64,000 nt of DNA, from NCBI RefSeq assembly GCF_030384885.1, contig NZ_CP128613.1; one strand, 5' to 3'. Below, piece by piece: positions 18,116 to 29,538 of the stretch; within the stretch, counting starts at the first letter, position 1, and each line of letters starts with the position of its first letter. Position numbers and translations under genes: made by a program. Origin of the DNA: Escherichia coli. Its GTDB lineage: Bacteria > Pseudomonadota > Gammaproteobacteria > Enterobacterales > Enterobacteriaceae. The notes beneath the pieces were generated by a model. It was not told where the DNA came from and did not search any database. It saw nothing but the letters and a program-made list of their open reading frames with translations.

Positions 18116-19357
18116 ATGAAATGGTTTAACACCTTAAGTCACAACCGTTGGCTGGAACAGGAAACCGATCGCATCTTTGATTTTGGTAAAAATTCCGTAG
18201 TACCGACTGGCTTTGGCTGGTTAGGCAATAAAGGGCAAATCAAAGAAGAGATGGGCACCCATCTGTGGATCACCGCCCGTATGTTGCACGTGTATTCCGT
18301 TGCTGCGGCGATGGGTCGACCTGGCGCTTACTCGTTGGTTGATCATGGTATCAAAGCCATGAACGGCGCACTGCGCGATAAAAAATATGGCGGCTGGTAT
18401 GCCTGTGTCAATGACGAGGGCGTGGTGGATGCCTCCAAACAGGGCTATCAACATTTCTTTGCCCTGCTGGGTGCCGCCAGTGCCGTCACAACGGGTCACC
18501 CGGAAGCGCGTAAGCTGCTCGATTACACCATTGAAATTATCGAGAAATACTTCTGGAGCGAAGAAGAGCAGATGTGCCTGGAATCCTGGGACGAAGCCTT
18601 CAGCAAAACCGAAGAGTACCGCGGCGGCAATGCCAATATGCACGCGGTGGAAGCTTTCTTGATTGTTTATGACGTAACGCATGACAAAAAATGGCTGGAT
18701 CGCGCGATTCGCGTGGCTTCCGTCATTATCCACGACGTCGCCAGAAATAATCATTATCGCGTTAACGAGCACTTCGATACCCAGTGGAATCCGCTGCCGG
18801 ATTACAACAAAGATAACCCGGCGCACCGCTTCCGCGCATTCGGAGGCACGCCGGGCCACTGGATCGAATGGGGCCGTTTAATGCTGCATATCCACGCTGC
18901 CCTGGAAGCCCGTTGCGAACAGCCTCCGGCCTGGTTGCTAGAAGATGCCAAAGGTCTGTTCAACGCTACCGTGCGCGATGCCTGGGCGCCCGATGGTGCC
19001 GACGGGATTGTTTATACCGTTGACTGGGAAGGCAAACCGGTGGTCCGCGAACGTGTGCGTTGGCCTATCGTCGAAGCGATGGGTACAGCTTATGCGCTCT
19101 ACACCGTTACCGGCGATCGCCAGTACGAAACCTGGTATCAGACATGGTGGGACTACTGCATTAAGTACCTGATGGACTATGAAAATGGTTCCTGGTGGCA
19201 GGAGCTGGATGCGGACAATAAGGTCACCACCAAAGTCTGGGACGGTAAACAGGATATTTATCACCTGCTGCATTGCCTGGTGATCCCGCGTATCCCGTTA
19301 GCGCCAGGCCTGGCTCCGGCAGTTGCGGCGGGTCTGCTGGACGTGAATGCCAAATAA
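18116..19357 (+). CDS. yihS: Sulfoquinovose isomerase (N-acyl-glucosamine 2-epimerase fold)
   Basis: 413-aa ORF; conserved position. Confidence 0.9.
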   Translation: MKWFNTLSHNRWLEQETDRIFDFGKNSVVPTGFGWLGNKGQIKEEMGTHLWITARMLHVYSVAAAMGRPGAYSLVDHGIKAMNGALRDKKYGGWYACVNDEGVVDASKQGYQHFFALLGAASAVTTGHPEARKLLDYTIEIIEKYFWSEEEQMCLESWDEAFSKTEEYRGGNANMHAVEAFLIVYDVTHDKKWLDRAIRVASVIIHDVARNNHYRVNEHFDTQWNPLPDYNKDNPAHRFRAFGGTPGHWIEWGRLMLHIHAALEARCEQPPAWLLEDAKGLFNATVRDAWAPDGADGIVYTVDWEGKPVVRERVRWPIVEAMGTAYALYTVTGDRQYETWYQTWWDYCIKYLMDYENGSWWQELDADNKVTTKVWDGKQDIYHLLHCLVIPRIPLAPGLAPAVAAGLLDVNAK

Positions 19358-19475
19358 CTGACTGAAAACCCTAACCCTCTCCCCAAAGGGGAGAGGGGAC
19401 CGCCCGGCGCAGTTTTTTGGTTTGACATCAGCCTCATGGGAGGCTGTATGCCGTTTTTTAATTAAGGTGCCTCGT

Positions 19476-20378
19476 ATGCAAATCACCAACATGCATTGCA
19501 GTGGACAAACCGTTTCACTTGCCGCGGGGGATTATCACGCGACTATCGTGACGGTTGGTGCTGGTCTGGCTGAATTAACTTTTCAGGGTTGTCATTTAGT
19601 CATCCCGCACAAACCCGAAGAGATGCCGCTGGCGCATCTGGGTAAAGTGCTTATTCCGTGGCCGAACCGGATCGCCAACGGCTGTTACCGCTATCGGGGA
19701 CAGGAATATCAGTTACCCATTAATGAACATAGTTCAAAAGCCGCTATTCACGGGCTGCTTGCCTGGCGAGACTGGCAAATTAGCGAATTAACCGCCACCA
19801 GCGTTACCCTGACAGCTTTTCTACCGCCCAGTTACGGCTATCCGTTTATGCTGGCTTCGCAGGTTGTTTATTCGCTCAATGCTCGCACGGGCCTTTCCGT
19901 TGAGATCGCAAGCCAGAATATTGGTACTGTGACCGCACCTTATGGTGTGGGTATTCATCCTTATTTAACCTGCAACTTAACATCTGTTGATGACTATCTT
20001 TTCCAGCTTCCGGCAGAACAGGTTTATGCCGTCGATGAGCACGCAAATCCGACAACGCTTCACCACGTTGATGAGCTGAATTTAAATTTCACGCGGGCGA
20101 CAAAAATAGCCGCGACAAAAATAGACCATACCTTTAAAACCGCTAATGATCTGTGGGAAATGACCATTACCCATCCACAGCAGGCACTTTCGGTGAGTCT
20201 TTGTTCCGATCAACCCTGGGTGCAGGTTTATAGCGGCGAAAAATTACAGCGTCAGGGACTGGCAATTGAACCTATGAGTTGCCCGCCTAACGCCTTTAAT
20301 TCCGGCACCGATTTATTATTACTGGAACCAGGAAAAACGCATCGCCTGTTTTTTAATATTCACGGGCAGCACAATTAA
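19476..20378 (+). CDS. yihR: Aldose-1-epimerase-family mutarotase
   Basis: Internal ATG at 19476 preceded by AAGGTG; ~300 aa. Confidence 0.85.
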   Translation: MQITNMHCSGQTVSLAAGDYHATIVTVGAGLAELTFQGCHLVIPHKPEEMPLAHLGKVLIPWPNRIANGCYRYRGQEYQLPINEHSSKAAIHGLLAWRDWQISELTATSVTLTAFLPPSYGYPFMLASQVVYSLNARTGLSVEIASQNIGTVTAPYGVGIHPYLTCNLTSVDDYLFQLPAEQVYAVDEHANPTTLHHVDELNLNFTRATKIAATKIDHTFKTANDLWEMTITHPQQALSVSLCSDQPWVQVYSGEKLQRQGLAIEPMSCPPNAFNSGTDLLLLEPGKTHRLFFNIHGQHN

Positions 20379-20438
20379 TTTCATTAAGAAAAAAACGAGA
20401 TCATTGTTTAGGGTTGTATTTACACAACAGGAAATATT

Positions 20439-21314
20439 ATGGACTTTTTTACGTTATTTTCGCCAGATGGGGCCATGCTGGAAACAAACGTGGTATGTAT
20501 CGTTATCGCGTTGATGTTTCTTTATACCTTTGTGGGGATATGCGCGGGATTTGGTGGCGGTTTAACCACCATGCCACTCGTCACGTTAATGCTCCCCGTA
20601 AAAATGGCAACACCACTTTCGGTAATTGTCGGCACCGCAACCGCCTTGTACGCCACCTGGCTATCACGCAAAGAAACGGATTGGCGCTCGGCAATGGTGC
20701 TGATTATTTTCTCATTTTTGGGAATACCCGTCGGTTTATATGCGCTGTCATATTTACCCGACCATTTTATGAAAGTGGGCTTAGGTGGATTTCTTATCCT
20801 CTACTCCTTTTACAGCATGTTTATTCCTCGCCTGCCGATTTATGACCGTAACTGGATCGCCGCACCTATCGGCGCAGTAGCTGGCGCATTAGGCGCGGCG
20901 TTCTCAACCAACGGGCCGCCGATGGTTATCTACGGGATGCTGCGTAACTTAGGTCCGGCGGCATTTCGCGGCACACTGAACGCCTTCTTCACCGCAAACA
21001 ACATCGCGGTGATCGGCGGGCTGGCGACCAGCGGAATTTTGACTGTTTCTATCTTTAAACTGGTGCTGTTTTGTATTCCCACCATGATCCTCGGTTCACT
21101 GATTGGACAATATGTGCATAAACGCATTTCGGTCAAAGTGTTTCGTGTGATGGTCTTTTTATTGTTGATTGCCTCCGGTTCTATGTTGATAAAAGGTGCG
21201 TTGGGAATTCCCGCCGCTGCCGCACTTCTGCCTCCGTTTACCTTGTTAGTTATACTGCAACTGGCATTTGGTAAAAAAGTGGCGGCAATCCGCCGAGCTG
21301 AAGAAAGTAAATAA
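20439..21314 (+). CDS. TauE/SafE-family (sulfite/sulfonate exporter-type) membrane permease
   Basis: 291-aa polytopic ORF with two halves, each carrying a Gly-rich TM motif (GFGGGLTTMP and GPPMVIYG); followed by the hairpin gcgggt...acccgc. Not part of the K-12 yih cluster as I recall it. Confidence 0.8.
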   Translation: MDFFTLFSPDGAMLETNVVCIVIALMFLYTFVGICAGFGGGLTTMPLVTLMLPVKMATPLSVIVGTATALYATWLSRKETDWRSAMVLIIFSFLGIPVGLYALSYLPDHFMKVGLGGFLILYSFYSMFIPRLPIYDRNWIAAPIGAVAGALGAAFSTNGPPMVIYGMLRNLGPAAFRGTLNAFFTANNIAVIGGLATSGILTVSIFKLVLFCIPTMILGSLIGQYVHKRISVKVFRVMVFLLLIASGSMLIKGALGIPAAAALLPPFTLLVILQLAFGKKVAAIRRAEESK

Positions 21315-21421
21315 TCACTTGCGCGGGTTTTAATTTATACCCGCACACATTCTTTGATTAATGAAACCTGTAATAACAGGATGGCATGAAATATTAGTTT
21401 TATACTCTATGGAGATTATTT

Positions 21422-23458
21422 ATGGATACGCCACGCCCACAGTTATTAGATTTTCAATTTCATCAGAATAACGACAGTTTTACTCTACGTTTTCAAGACC
21501 GTCTTATTTTAATCCATAGCAAAGATAATCCTTGCTTATCGATTGGCTCAGGTATAGCGGATATCGATATGTTCCGCGGTAATTTCAGCATTAAAGATAA
21601 ATTGCAGGAGAAGATTGCGCTGACCGACGCCATCGTCAGCCAGTCACCGGATGGCTGGTTAATCCATTTCTGCCGTGGTTCTGACATTAGCGCCACGCTG
21701 CATATCTCTACTGACGAACAAGGCCGTTTAGTGCTGAAACTGCAAAACGATGATCGTCACCATAACCGCATCTGGCTGCGTCTCGCCGCACAGCCGGAGG
21801 ACCATATCTACGGCTGCGGTGAACAGTTTTCCTATTTTGATCTACGCGGCAAACCGTTCCCACTGTGGACCAGCGAGCAGGGTGTTGGTCGCAACAAACA
21901 AAGCTATGTCACCTGGCAGGCCGACTGCAAAGAGAATGCGGGCGGTGATTACTACTGGACCTTTTTCCCGCAGCCAACCTTTGTCAGCACGCAGAAGTAT
22001 TACTGCCATGTTGATAACAGTTGCTATATGAACTTCGACTTTAGTGCCCCGGAATACCATGAACTGGCGCTGTGGGAAGACAAAGCAACGCTGCGTTTTG
22101 AATGTGCTGATACATACATCTCCCTGCTGGAAAAATTAACCGCACTGCTGGGACGCCAGCCAGAACTGCCCGACTGGATTTATGACGGAGTAACGCTCGG
22201 TATTCAGGGCGGGACGGAAGTGTGCCAGAAAAAACTGGACACCATGCGTAACGCGGGTGTGAAGGTTAACGGCATCTGGGCGCAGGACTGGTCCGGGATC
22301 CGTATGACCTCTTTTGGCAAACGTGTGATGTGGAACTGGAAGTGGAACAGTGAAAACTACCCACAGTTAGATTCCCGCATCAAGCAATGGAAAGAAGAAG
22401 GCGTGCAGTTCCTCGCCTACATCAACCCGTATGTTGCCAGCGATAAAGATCTCTGCGAAGAAGCGGCGCAACATGGCTATCTGGCAAAAGATGCCTCTGG
22501 CGGTGACTATCTGGTGGAATTTGGGGAGTTTTACGGCGGCGTTGTCGATCTCACTAATCCGGAAGCCTACGCCTGGTTCAAGGAAGTGATCAAAAAGAAC
22601 ATGATTGAACTCGGCTGCGGCGGCTGGATGGCTGACTTCGGCGAGTATCTGCCCACCGACACGTACCTGCATAACGGCGTTAGCGCCGAAATTATGCATA
22701 ACGCCTGGCCCGCACTGTGGGCGAAATGTAACTACGAAGCCCTTGAAGAAACGGGCAAGCTTGGCGAGATCCTTTTCTTTATGCGCGCCGGTTCTACCGG
22801 TAGCCAGAAATACTCCACCATGATGTGGGCGGGCGACCAGAACGTCGACTGGAGTCTCGACGATGGCCTGGCGTCGGTCGTCCCGGCAGCGCTGTCGCTG
22901 GCAATGACCGGACATGGTTTGCATCACAGTGACATTGGCGGTTATACCACCCTGTTTGAGATGAAGCGCAGCAAAGAGCTGCTGCTGCGCTGGTGTGATT
23001 TCAGCGCCTTCACGTCGATGATGCGCACCCACGAAGGCAACCGTCCGGGCGACAACTGGCAGTTTGACGGCGACGCGGAAACTATTGCCCATTTTGCCCG
23101 TATGACCACCGTCTTCACCACCCTGAAACCTTACCTGAAAGAGGCCGTCGCGCTGAATGCGAAGTCCGGCCTGCCGGTTATGCGCCCGCTGTTCCTGCAT
23201 TACGAAGACGATACACACACCTACACCCTGAAATATCAGTACCTGTTAGGCCGCGACATTCTGGTCGCTCCGGTGCATGAACAAGGCCGTAGCGACTGGA
23301 CGCTCTATCTGCCGGAGGATAACTGGGTCCACGCCTGGACAGGTGAAGCGTTCCGGGGCGGGGAAGTTACCGTTAATGCGCCCATCGGTAAACCGCCGGT
23401 CTTTTATCGCGCCGATAGCGAATGGGCGGCACTGTTCGCGTCGTTAAAAAGCATCTAA
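21422..23458 (+). CDS. yihQ: Sulfoquinovosidase (GH31)
   Basis: 678-aa ORF with a GH31-like catalytic region (WAQDWSG... and GIWAQDW context). Confidence 0.92.
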   Translation: MDTPRPQLLDFQFHQNNDSFTLRFQDRLILIHSKDNPCLSIGSGIADIDMFRGNFSIKDKLQEKIALTDAIVSQSPDGWLIHFCRGSDISATLHISTDEQGRLVLKLQNDDRHHNRIWLRLAAQPEDHIYGCGEQFSYFDLRGKPFPLWTSEQGVGRNKQSYVTWQADCKENAGGDYYWTFFPQPTFVSTQKYYCHVDNSCYMNFDFSAPEYHELALWEDKATLRFECADTYISLLEKLTALLGRQPELPDWIYDGVTLGIQGGTEVCQKKLDTMRNAGVKVNGIWAQDWSGIRMTSFGKRVMWNWKWNSENYPQLDSRIKQWKEEGVQFLAYINPYVASDKDLCEEAAQHGYLAKDASGGDYLVEFGEFYGGVVDLTNPEAYAWFKEVIKKNMIELGCGGWMADFGEYLPTDTYLHNGVSAEIMHNAWPALWAKCNYEALEETGKLGEILFFMRAGSTGSQKYSTMMWAGDQNVDWSLDDGLASVVPAALSLAMTGHGLHHSDIGGYTTLFEMKRSKELLLRWCDFSAFTSMMRTHEGNRPGDNWQFDGDAETIAHFARMTTVFTTLKPYLKEAVALNAKSGLPVMRPLFLHYEDDTHTYTLKYQYLLGRDILVAPVHEQGRSDWTLYLPEDNWVHAWTGEAFRGGEVTVNAPIGKPPVFYRADSEWAALFASLKSI

Positions 23459-23503
23459 TCACGTCCGCCCGTGGGGAAACTCACGGGCAAAGGGAGAACA
23501 ACG

Positions 23504-24889
23504 ATGAGTCACATCACAACGGAAGATCCGGCTACTTTACGTCTGCCCTTTAAAGAGAAACTCTCTTACGGTATCGGCGATCTGGCCTCTAACATCCTGC
23601 TGGATATCGGTACGCTTTATCTTTTGAAGTTTTATACCGACGTTCTGGGGCTGCCCGGCACCTATGGCGGTATTATCTTTTTGATCTCGAAATTCTTTAC
23701 CGCCTTTACCGATATGGGTACCGGCATCATGCTCGATTCCCGGCGTAAGATCGGTCCAAAAGGCAAATTCCGCCCTTTCATTTTGTACGCCTCATTCCCG
23801 GTCACTCTGCTGGCGATCGCCAACTTTGTCGGCACACCGTTTGATGTCACCGGTAAAACGGTGATGGCCACCATTCTGTTTATGCTTTACGGACTGTTTT
23901 TCAGCATGATGAACTGCTCCTACGGCGCAATGGTCCCCGCTATCACCAAAAACCCCAACGAACGCGCATCGCTGGCAGCATGGCGTCAGGGTGGCGCTAC
24001 ATTGGGCCTGCTGCTGTGTACGGTGGGATTCGTACCAGTTATGAATCTTATCGAAGGTAATCAGCAACTTGGCTATATCTTCGCCGCCACGCTATTTTCA
24101 CTGTTCGGCCTGCTGTTTATGTGGATCTGCTACTCGGGCGTGAAAGAGCGTTATGTCGAAACCCAACCTACCAATCCAGCGCAAAAGCCTGGCTTGTTGC
24201 AGTCTTTCCGCGCAATTGCGGGTAACCGCCCACTGTTCATTCTGTGTATTGCCAACCTCTGCACCTTAGGGGCGTTTAACGTCAAGCTCGCCATCCAGGT
24301 CTATTACACCCAGTACGTACTTAACGATCCCATCCTGTTGTCGTATATGGGATTTTTCAGCATGGGCTGTATTTTCATCGGCGTGTTCCTGATGCCTGGT
24401 GCAGTCAGACGTTTTGGTAAGAAGAAGGTCTATATCGGCGGCCTGCTGATTTGGGTGCTGGGCGATCTGCTCAACTATTTCTTCGGCGGCGGCTCGGTCA
24501 GTTTTGTGGCGTTCTCCTGCCTGGCATTCTTCGGCTCGGCGTTTGTTAACAGCCTGAACTGGGCACTGGTTTCCGACACCGTCGAGTACGGCGAGTGGCG
24601 CACCGGCGTTCGTTCGGAAGGTACGGTCTACACCGGCTTCACCTTCTTTCGCAAAGTATCTCAGGCGCTGGCAGGTTTCTTCCCAGGCTGGATGCTGACG
24701 CAAATCGGCTATGTGCCAAACGTGGCGCAGGCTGACCATACCATCGAAGGTTTACGCCAGCTGATCTTCATCTACCCAAGCGCACTGGCGGTAGTCACCA
24801 TTGTGGCGATGGGTTGCTTCTACAGTCTGAACGAGAAAATGTACGTCCGCATTGTTGAAGAAATAGAAGCCCGTAAACGCACGGCATAA
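23504..24889 (+). CDS. yihP: GPH-family (sugar:cation symporter) transporter
   Basis: Start chosen at the internal ATG after GGGAG; ~461 aa; paralogous to yihO. Confidence 0.88.
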   Translation: MSHITTEDPATLRLPFKEKLSYGIGDLASNILLDIGTLYLLKFYTDVLGLPGTYGGIIFLISKFFTAFTDMGTGIMLDSRRKIGPKGKFRPFILYASFPVTLLAIANFVGTPFDVTGKTVMATILFMLYGLFFSMMNCSYGAMVPAITKNPNERASLAAWRQGGATLGLLLCTVGFVPVMNLIEGNQQLGYIFAATLFSLFGLLFMWICYSGVKERYVETQPTNPAQKPGLLQSFRAIAGNRPLFILCIANLCTLGAFNVKLAIQVYYTQYVLNDPILLSYMGFFSMGCIFIGVFLMPGAVRRFGKKKVYIGGLLIWVLGDLLNYFFGGGSVSFVAFSCLAFFGSAFVNSLNWALVSDTVEYGEWRTGVRSEGTVYTGFTFFRKVSQALAGFFPGWMLTQIGYVPNVAQADHTIEGLRQLIFIYPSALAVVTIVAMGCFYSLNEKMYVRIVEEIEARKRTA

Positions 24890-24929
24890 ATAATAAACAA
24901 CGCCCTGCGGGGCGTTATAAGGAGTGATT

Positions 24930-26333
24930 ATGTCTGACCATAATCCACTGACATTAAAACTGAATCTGCGGGAAAAAATCGCTTATGGCATGGGCGACGT
25001 CGGTTCGAATTTAATGCTTAGCATCGGCACTCTGTATCTCCTCAAATTTTATACCGATGAATTAGGGATGCCTGCTTACTATGGCGGGATTATCTTTCTG
25101 GTGGCGAAATTCTTTACCGCGTTTACCGATATGCTCACCGGATTTTTACTCGACTCGCGAAAAAATATTGGGCCTAAAGGCAAATTTCGTCCCTTTATTT
25201 TATATGCAGCGGTTCCGGCGGCGTTAATTGCAACGCTCCAGTTTATCGCCACCACTTTTAGTTTGCCGATTAAAACGACGATTGCCACCGCGCTGTTTAT
25301 GATGTTTGGACTTTCATACAGTCTGATGAACTGCTCGTATGGCGCGATGATCCCAGCAATTACCAAAAACCCCAATGAGCGCGCGCAGCTTGCGGCTTAC
25401 CGCCAGGGTGGTGCAACCATAGGGCTATTGATTTGTACCGTAGCATTTATTCCATTGCAGTCGCTTTTTTCTGACTCCACTGTCGGTTATGCCTGCGCGG
25501 CACTGATGTTCTCCATTGGTGGCTTTATTTTTATGATGCTGTGCTACAGAGGCGTCAAAGAGCATTATGTGGACACGACGCCAACCGGACATAAAGCCAG
25601 TATTCTCAAATCTTTTTGCGCGATATTTCGTAATCCGCCATTGCTGGTTTTATGCATTGCTAACCTGTGTACCCTGGCGGCATTTAATATCAAACTGGCA
25701 ATTCAGGTCTATTACACCCAGTATGTGCTGAATGATATTAATTTATTGTCGTGGATGGGATTCTTCAGTATGGGATGCATCCTCATCGGCGTATTGCTGG
25801 TGCCATTAACTGTAAAATGTTTTGGTAAAAAACAGGTTTATTTAGCTGGCATGGTGCTGTGGGCGGTGGGGGATATCCTGAATTATTTCTGGGGCAGTAA
25901 CTCTTTCACTTTCGTCATGTTCTCTTGTGTCGCCTTTTTTGGTACGGCCTTTGTAAACAGCCTGAACTGGGCGCTGGTACCGGATACCGTAGATTATGGT
26001 GAATGGAAAACAGGTATACGTGCCGAAGGTTCTATTTATACCGGTTATACCTTCTTTCGTAAAATTTCAGCCGCACTTGCTGGCTTCTTGCCAGGCATTA
26101 TGCTGACGCAAATCGGTTATGTTCCCAACATCGCGCAAAGCGATGCAACATTACAGGGTTTGCGTCAGCTCATTTTTATTTGGCCTTGTGCGCTGGCGAT
26201 AATTGCTGCATTGACGATGGGATTCTTTTACACGCTCAATGAAAAACGTTTTGCGATGATTATTGAGGAAGTTAACCAACGCAAAAATAAAGAGATGGCG
26301 ACAGAAGAAAAAACGGCTTCCTTAACGTTATAA
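24930..26333 (+). CDS. yihO: GPH-family sulfoquinovose transporter
   Basis: ATG after AAGGAG; ~467 aa. Confidence 0.88.
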   Translation: MSDHNPLTLKLNLREKIAYGMGDVGSNLMLSIGTLYLLKFYTDELGMPAYYGGIIFLVAKFFTAFTDMLTGFLLDSRKNIGPKGKFRPFILYAAVPAALIATLQFIATTFSLPIKTTIATALFMMFGLSYSLMNCSYGAMIPAITKNPNERAQLAAYRQGGATIGLLICTVAFIPLQSLFSDSTVGYACAALMFSIGGFIFMMLCYRGVKEHYVDTTPTGHKASILKSFCAIFRNPPLLVLCIANLCTLAAFNIKLAIQVYYTQYVLNDINLLSWMGFFSMGCILIGVLLVPLTVKCFGKKQVYLAGMVLWAVGDILNYFWGSNSFTFVMFSCVAFFGTAFVNSLNWALVPDTVDYGEWKTGIRAEGSIYTGYTFFRKISAALAGFLPGIMLTQIGYVPNIAQSDATLQGLRQLIFIWPCALAIIAALTMGFFYTLNEKRFAMIIEEVNQRKNKEMATEEKTASLTL

Positions 26334-26399
26334 ATGTCAATAGCCGCTATTTCCATCCTGGTGGGTGGCGGCCTCCCTACGTTTAAAAATGGACTTATT

Positions 26400-27092
26400 A
26401 TGAAAAAGATTAATGCAATAATTCTATTATCCTCTCTGACCTCTGCCTCGGTATTTGCTGGCGCATACGTCGAAAACAGGGAGGCATATAATCTCGCCTC
26501 CGATCAGGGCGAGGTTATGCTACGTGTGGGTTATAACTTCGATATGGGCGCGGGTATTATGTTAACCAATACCTACACCTTTCAGCGAGAAGATGAACTA
26601 AAACATGGCTACAATGAAATTGAAGGTTGGTATCCGTTATTCAAACCAACTGATAAATTAACCATCCAGCCCGGTGGCTTAATTAATGATAAAAGCACCG
26701 GTTCCGGTGGTGCAGTATATCTGGACGTCAACTATAAATTTGTACCATGGTTTAATCTGACAGTGCGAAATCGCTATAACCATAATAACTACAGTTCAAC
26801 AGATTTGAACGGGGAGCTGGATAATAATGACACCTATGAAATTGGTACCTACTGGAATTTTAAAATCACCGAGAAATTCTCCTATACATTTGAGCCACAT
26901 TATTTTATACGCGTAAATGACTTTAATAGCAGCAATGGAAAAGATCATCATTGGGAAATCACTAATACCTTCCGTTACCGTATTAACGAAAACTGGCTCC
27001 CTTATTTCGAATTACGCTGGTTAGATCGTAATATAGAACCATACCACCGCGAGCAAAACCAGATTCGTATCGGGACGAAGTATTTCTTCTGA
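26400..27092 (+). CDS. ompL: Outer-membrane porin OmpL
   Basis: Signal peptide MKKINAIILLSSLTSASVFA; beta-barrel-like alternating pattern; C-terminal F. Confidence 0.85.
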   Translation: MKKINAIILLSSLTSASVFAGAYVENREAYNLASDQGEVMLRVGYNFDMGAGIMLTNTYTFQREDELKHGYNEIEGWYPLFKPTDKLTIQPGGLINDKSTGSGGAVYLDVNYKFVPWFNLTVRNRYNHNNYSSTDLNGELDNNDTYEIGTYWNFKITEKFSYTFEPHYFIRVNDFNSSNGKDHHWEITNTFRYRINENWLPYFELRWLDRNIEPYHREQNQIRIGTKYFF

Positions 27093-27100
27093 TGTGAAAC

Positions 27101-27178
<78 letters not shown>

Positions 27179-27182
27179 TTAA

Positions 27183-28448
27183 TCAAGCTTCAGCCGCCAA
27201 CATCTCTTTCTTACGTTGGCTAATTCGCTTAACCAGCATTACGGAAACCACCGCACCACAGAATGCGAAGCAGGCCATAATGCCAAACACGATTTTGTAG
27301 CCAATAATCCCCGGGTTTAAATCCAGAATGTAGCCATACAGACTGAAGCAGAACATCGCCGGGGCGTAACCGATAAAGCTACCCAACGCCATCGCCGCGC
27401 CTGTTTTATTTTCAGCAATTTTTGCTTCGCCGATAGGTGCAAAAAATACGGCTCGCTGTGTAAAGACTATCGCGCCAAAGCCTAATGTACAGGCCATCCC
27501 TAAATAGACCGGCATACTTTCGTGCGGCAGCATAATCAACAGTACGAGCGCAGCGGTACTGATGATAAAGGTGTAGCATAGATATTTACTCGGCGATTTC
27601 AGGATCTTATCTGAAATCATGCCACCAATCGGTCCACCGATCATTTTCAGACAGTATTGGTTAATGATGCCGTAAGCACCCACCAGCGCAACGGGCAGCA
27701 GATAGATGTTTTTCAGGAATGGAATGAAGAATGTCAAGCCACAGTAAACCGCGTAAACGAAGAAGACGTTGAAAGCGATAAGCCAGATGGTTTTATCTCT
27801 CAGCACCGAAGTCATACTGGTGTTTTGCGATGCTTCGTCTTCTTTTTTCACCTCCACGGACGGTGCCTCTTCTTTGTCATTGAGTACAAAGAAAATGATA
27901 ACGCCCACGGCAATCACAATAAGGGAATAGAACCAGATACCCGCTTTAAAGCCCAACAAGCCACTGCCAAACCAGGTAAATACTGCCAACGCAGAAAATG
28001 CCACCACAGTATCGACAATGCCACGCCCTGTTTCGAAGAAGCCAAACAAACGACCTTGTTGTTCGCTATTGCCCAGTCGACTTACCGACTTGAGCAAGAC
28101 AGGCCAGTTCATCATGTCGCAGGTAACGCCAAATAGCGCCCAGACAAAGAGGATGCCCCAATACCCCGGCATTGTCGTCAAATAAACACCCAGTAATCCC
28201 GTCGCAATGAGGGAGAATGACATGGTGTATCTGCGCGGTAGTTTATCGGCAAAATAAATAGACAGAAAAAAGCCTACTGTCGTGACAAATGAGTTTACCG
28301 ACATAGCATTACCAATTTGACCATTGGTCAAATGGAAATATTCCTGCATCGGGATATAAAACGCATCTTTCAACGACGGTAATTTATAAATTGTACCGCC
28401 ACACAATGTTAATAGACTAAATAACGCCCATTTCTTTTTCGTGAGCAT
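27183..28448 (-). CDS. yihN: MFS transporter
   Basis: 421-aa, 12-TM-like ORF. Confidence 0.88.
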   Translation of the reverse strand: MLTKKKWALFSLLTLCGGTIYKLPSLKDAFYIPMQEYFHLTNGQIGNAMSVNSFVTTVGFFLSIYFADKLPRRYTMSFSLIATGLLGVYLTTMPGYWGILFVWALFGVTCDMMNWPVLLKSVSRLGNSEQQGRLFGFFETGRGIVDTVVAFSALAVFTWFGSGLLGFKAGIWFYSLIVIAVGVIIFFVLNDKEEAPSVEVKKEDEASQNTSMTSVLRDKTIWLIAFNVFFVYAVYCGLTFFIPFLKNIYLLPVALVGAYGIINQYCLKMIGGPIGGMISDKILKSPSKYLCYTFIISTAALVLLIMLPHESMPVYLGMACTLGFGAIVFTQRAVFFAPIGEAKIAENKTGAAMALGSFIGYAPAMFCFSLYGYILDLNPGIIGYKIVFGIMACFAFCGAVVSVMLVKRISQRKKEMLAAEA

Positions 28449-28550
28449 AACATCCCCTAAGCGATTTTGAAAATCACTGTTCTAAAGGCAATAAGATACC
28501 GGCCATTCTTATGGAATGGTTTTTATTAACAGCGGATGAGTTAAAGCTTA

Positions 28551-29531
28551 TTAGTGGTTCAGAAGATGGCTTGCCTCTTGTTTGATTTGTTGTAGTACGT
28601 TACGCACATGATTTATCTGATTAATTGCATCTTCTTTTTCTTTACGTAACCGCGCATCCAGTAAATGATTTTCTGGCAGTGGTGTTTCACTCATCTGGCG
28701 ATAAGGGATCCACGGATTATCATCTTCGTCTTCAAAGCGGAACGCCGGAGCATAATAATCAACCTCTTCTTCCAGGCCATACGCTGTCACCTGCGGTTCT
28801 TCATCGCCAAGGCAGATAAGGTGTGTTAATAACTCTTTGAATGGCATATCACCCTGACCTGAAATACAGGCTTTATGGCCCAGGCCACCTTGTTCTTTAA
28901 CAATCAAGGCATCTTTGATATGGACCTGGGTAATATGTGGTGCCATCGTTTTTAAAGCGTCTATGGGATGTTCATTTGCATTGATCATGTTCGCAAAATC
29001 AAACAGTAAGGAAAGAGACTCCATCTCACTCCCTCTGACCAGCGACACCAGTTCATGGCTTTTTAAATCTTCATGCTGTTCGATCGTAAAGGTCAGGCCG
29101 CTGTCCTGATACGCTTCCCGCACATAGGCAATGTCGTTAGCGATGATCGATAATACGTCGCGCAAATTACCTTCATAACGCGGATAAAAACGCACTGACG
29201 ATGCCCCAGTTTTCAACGCAATGGCAACGGCTTCGTCAATAGATGCCTTATCTGAGGCACTGGTTTCAATATGAATATCAAGGTTCAGATGGCGGGCTTT
29301 ATCGCCAAAGGCAGAGAGTTCTTTATCTGCCATATTGCCCAAAGAAAAACGTTCGCCATCCAGAACATGAATTTTTACGCCTCGCAGATTATTTTCACTC
29401 GCAATATCAAGTAAATCAGCTGGCAATACTCTTTCCAGCCGCATATTTAAATGAAAAGCGTAGGCATGCAAATAAAGAGGAAGAGTATCGACACGTTGTA
29501 GAATCTTTCTTGCGTTATTTATTGTCACCAT
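28551..29531 (-). CDS. yihM: Sugar-phosphate isomerase/epimerase (xylose-isomerase-like TIM barrel)
   Basis: Start chosen at the internal ATG after AGGTG, giving ~326 aa. Confidence 0.85.
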   Translation of the reverse strand: MVTINNARKILQRVDTLPLYLHAYAFHLNMRLERVLPADLLDIASENNLRGVKIHVLDGERFSLGNMADKELSAFGDKARHLNLDIHIETSASDKASIDEAVAIALKTGASSVRFYPRYEGNLRDVLSIIANDIAYVREAYQDSGLTFTIEQHEDLKSHELVSLVRGSEMESLSLLFDFANMINANEHPIDALKTMAPHITQVHIKDALIVKEQGGLGHKACISGQGDMPFKELLTHLICLGDEEPQVTAYGLEEEVDYYAPAFRFEDEDDNPWIPYRQMSETPLPENHLLDARLRKEKEDAINQINHVRNVLQQIKQEASHLLNH

Positions 29532-29538
29532 AAAACAC

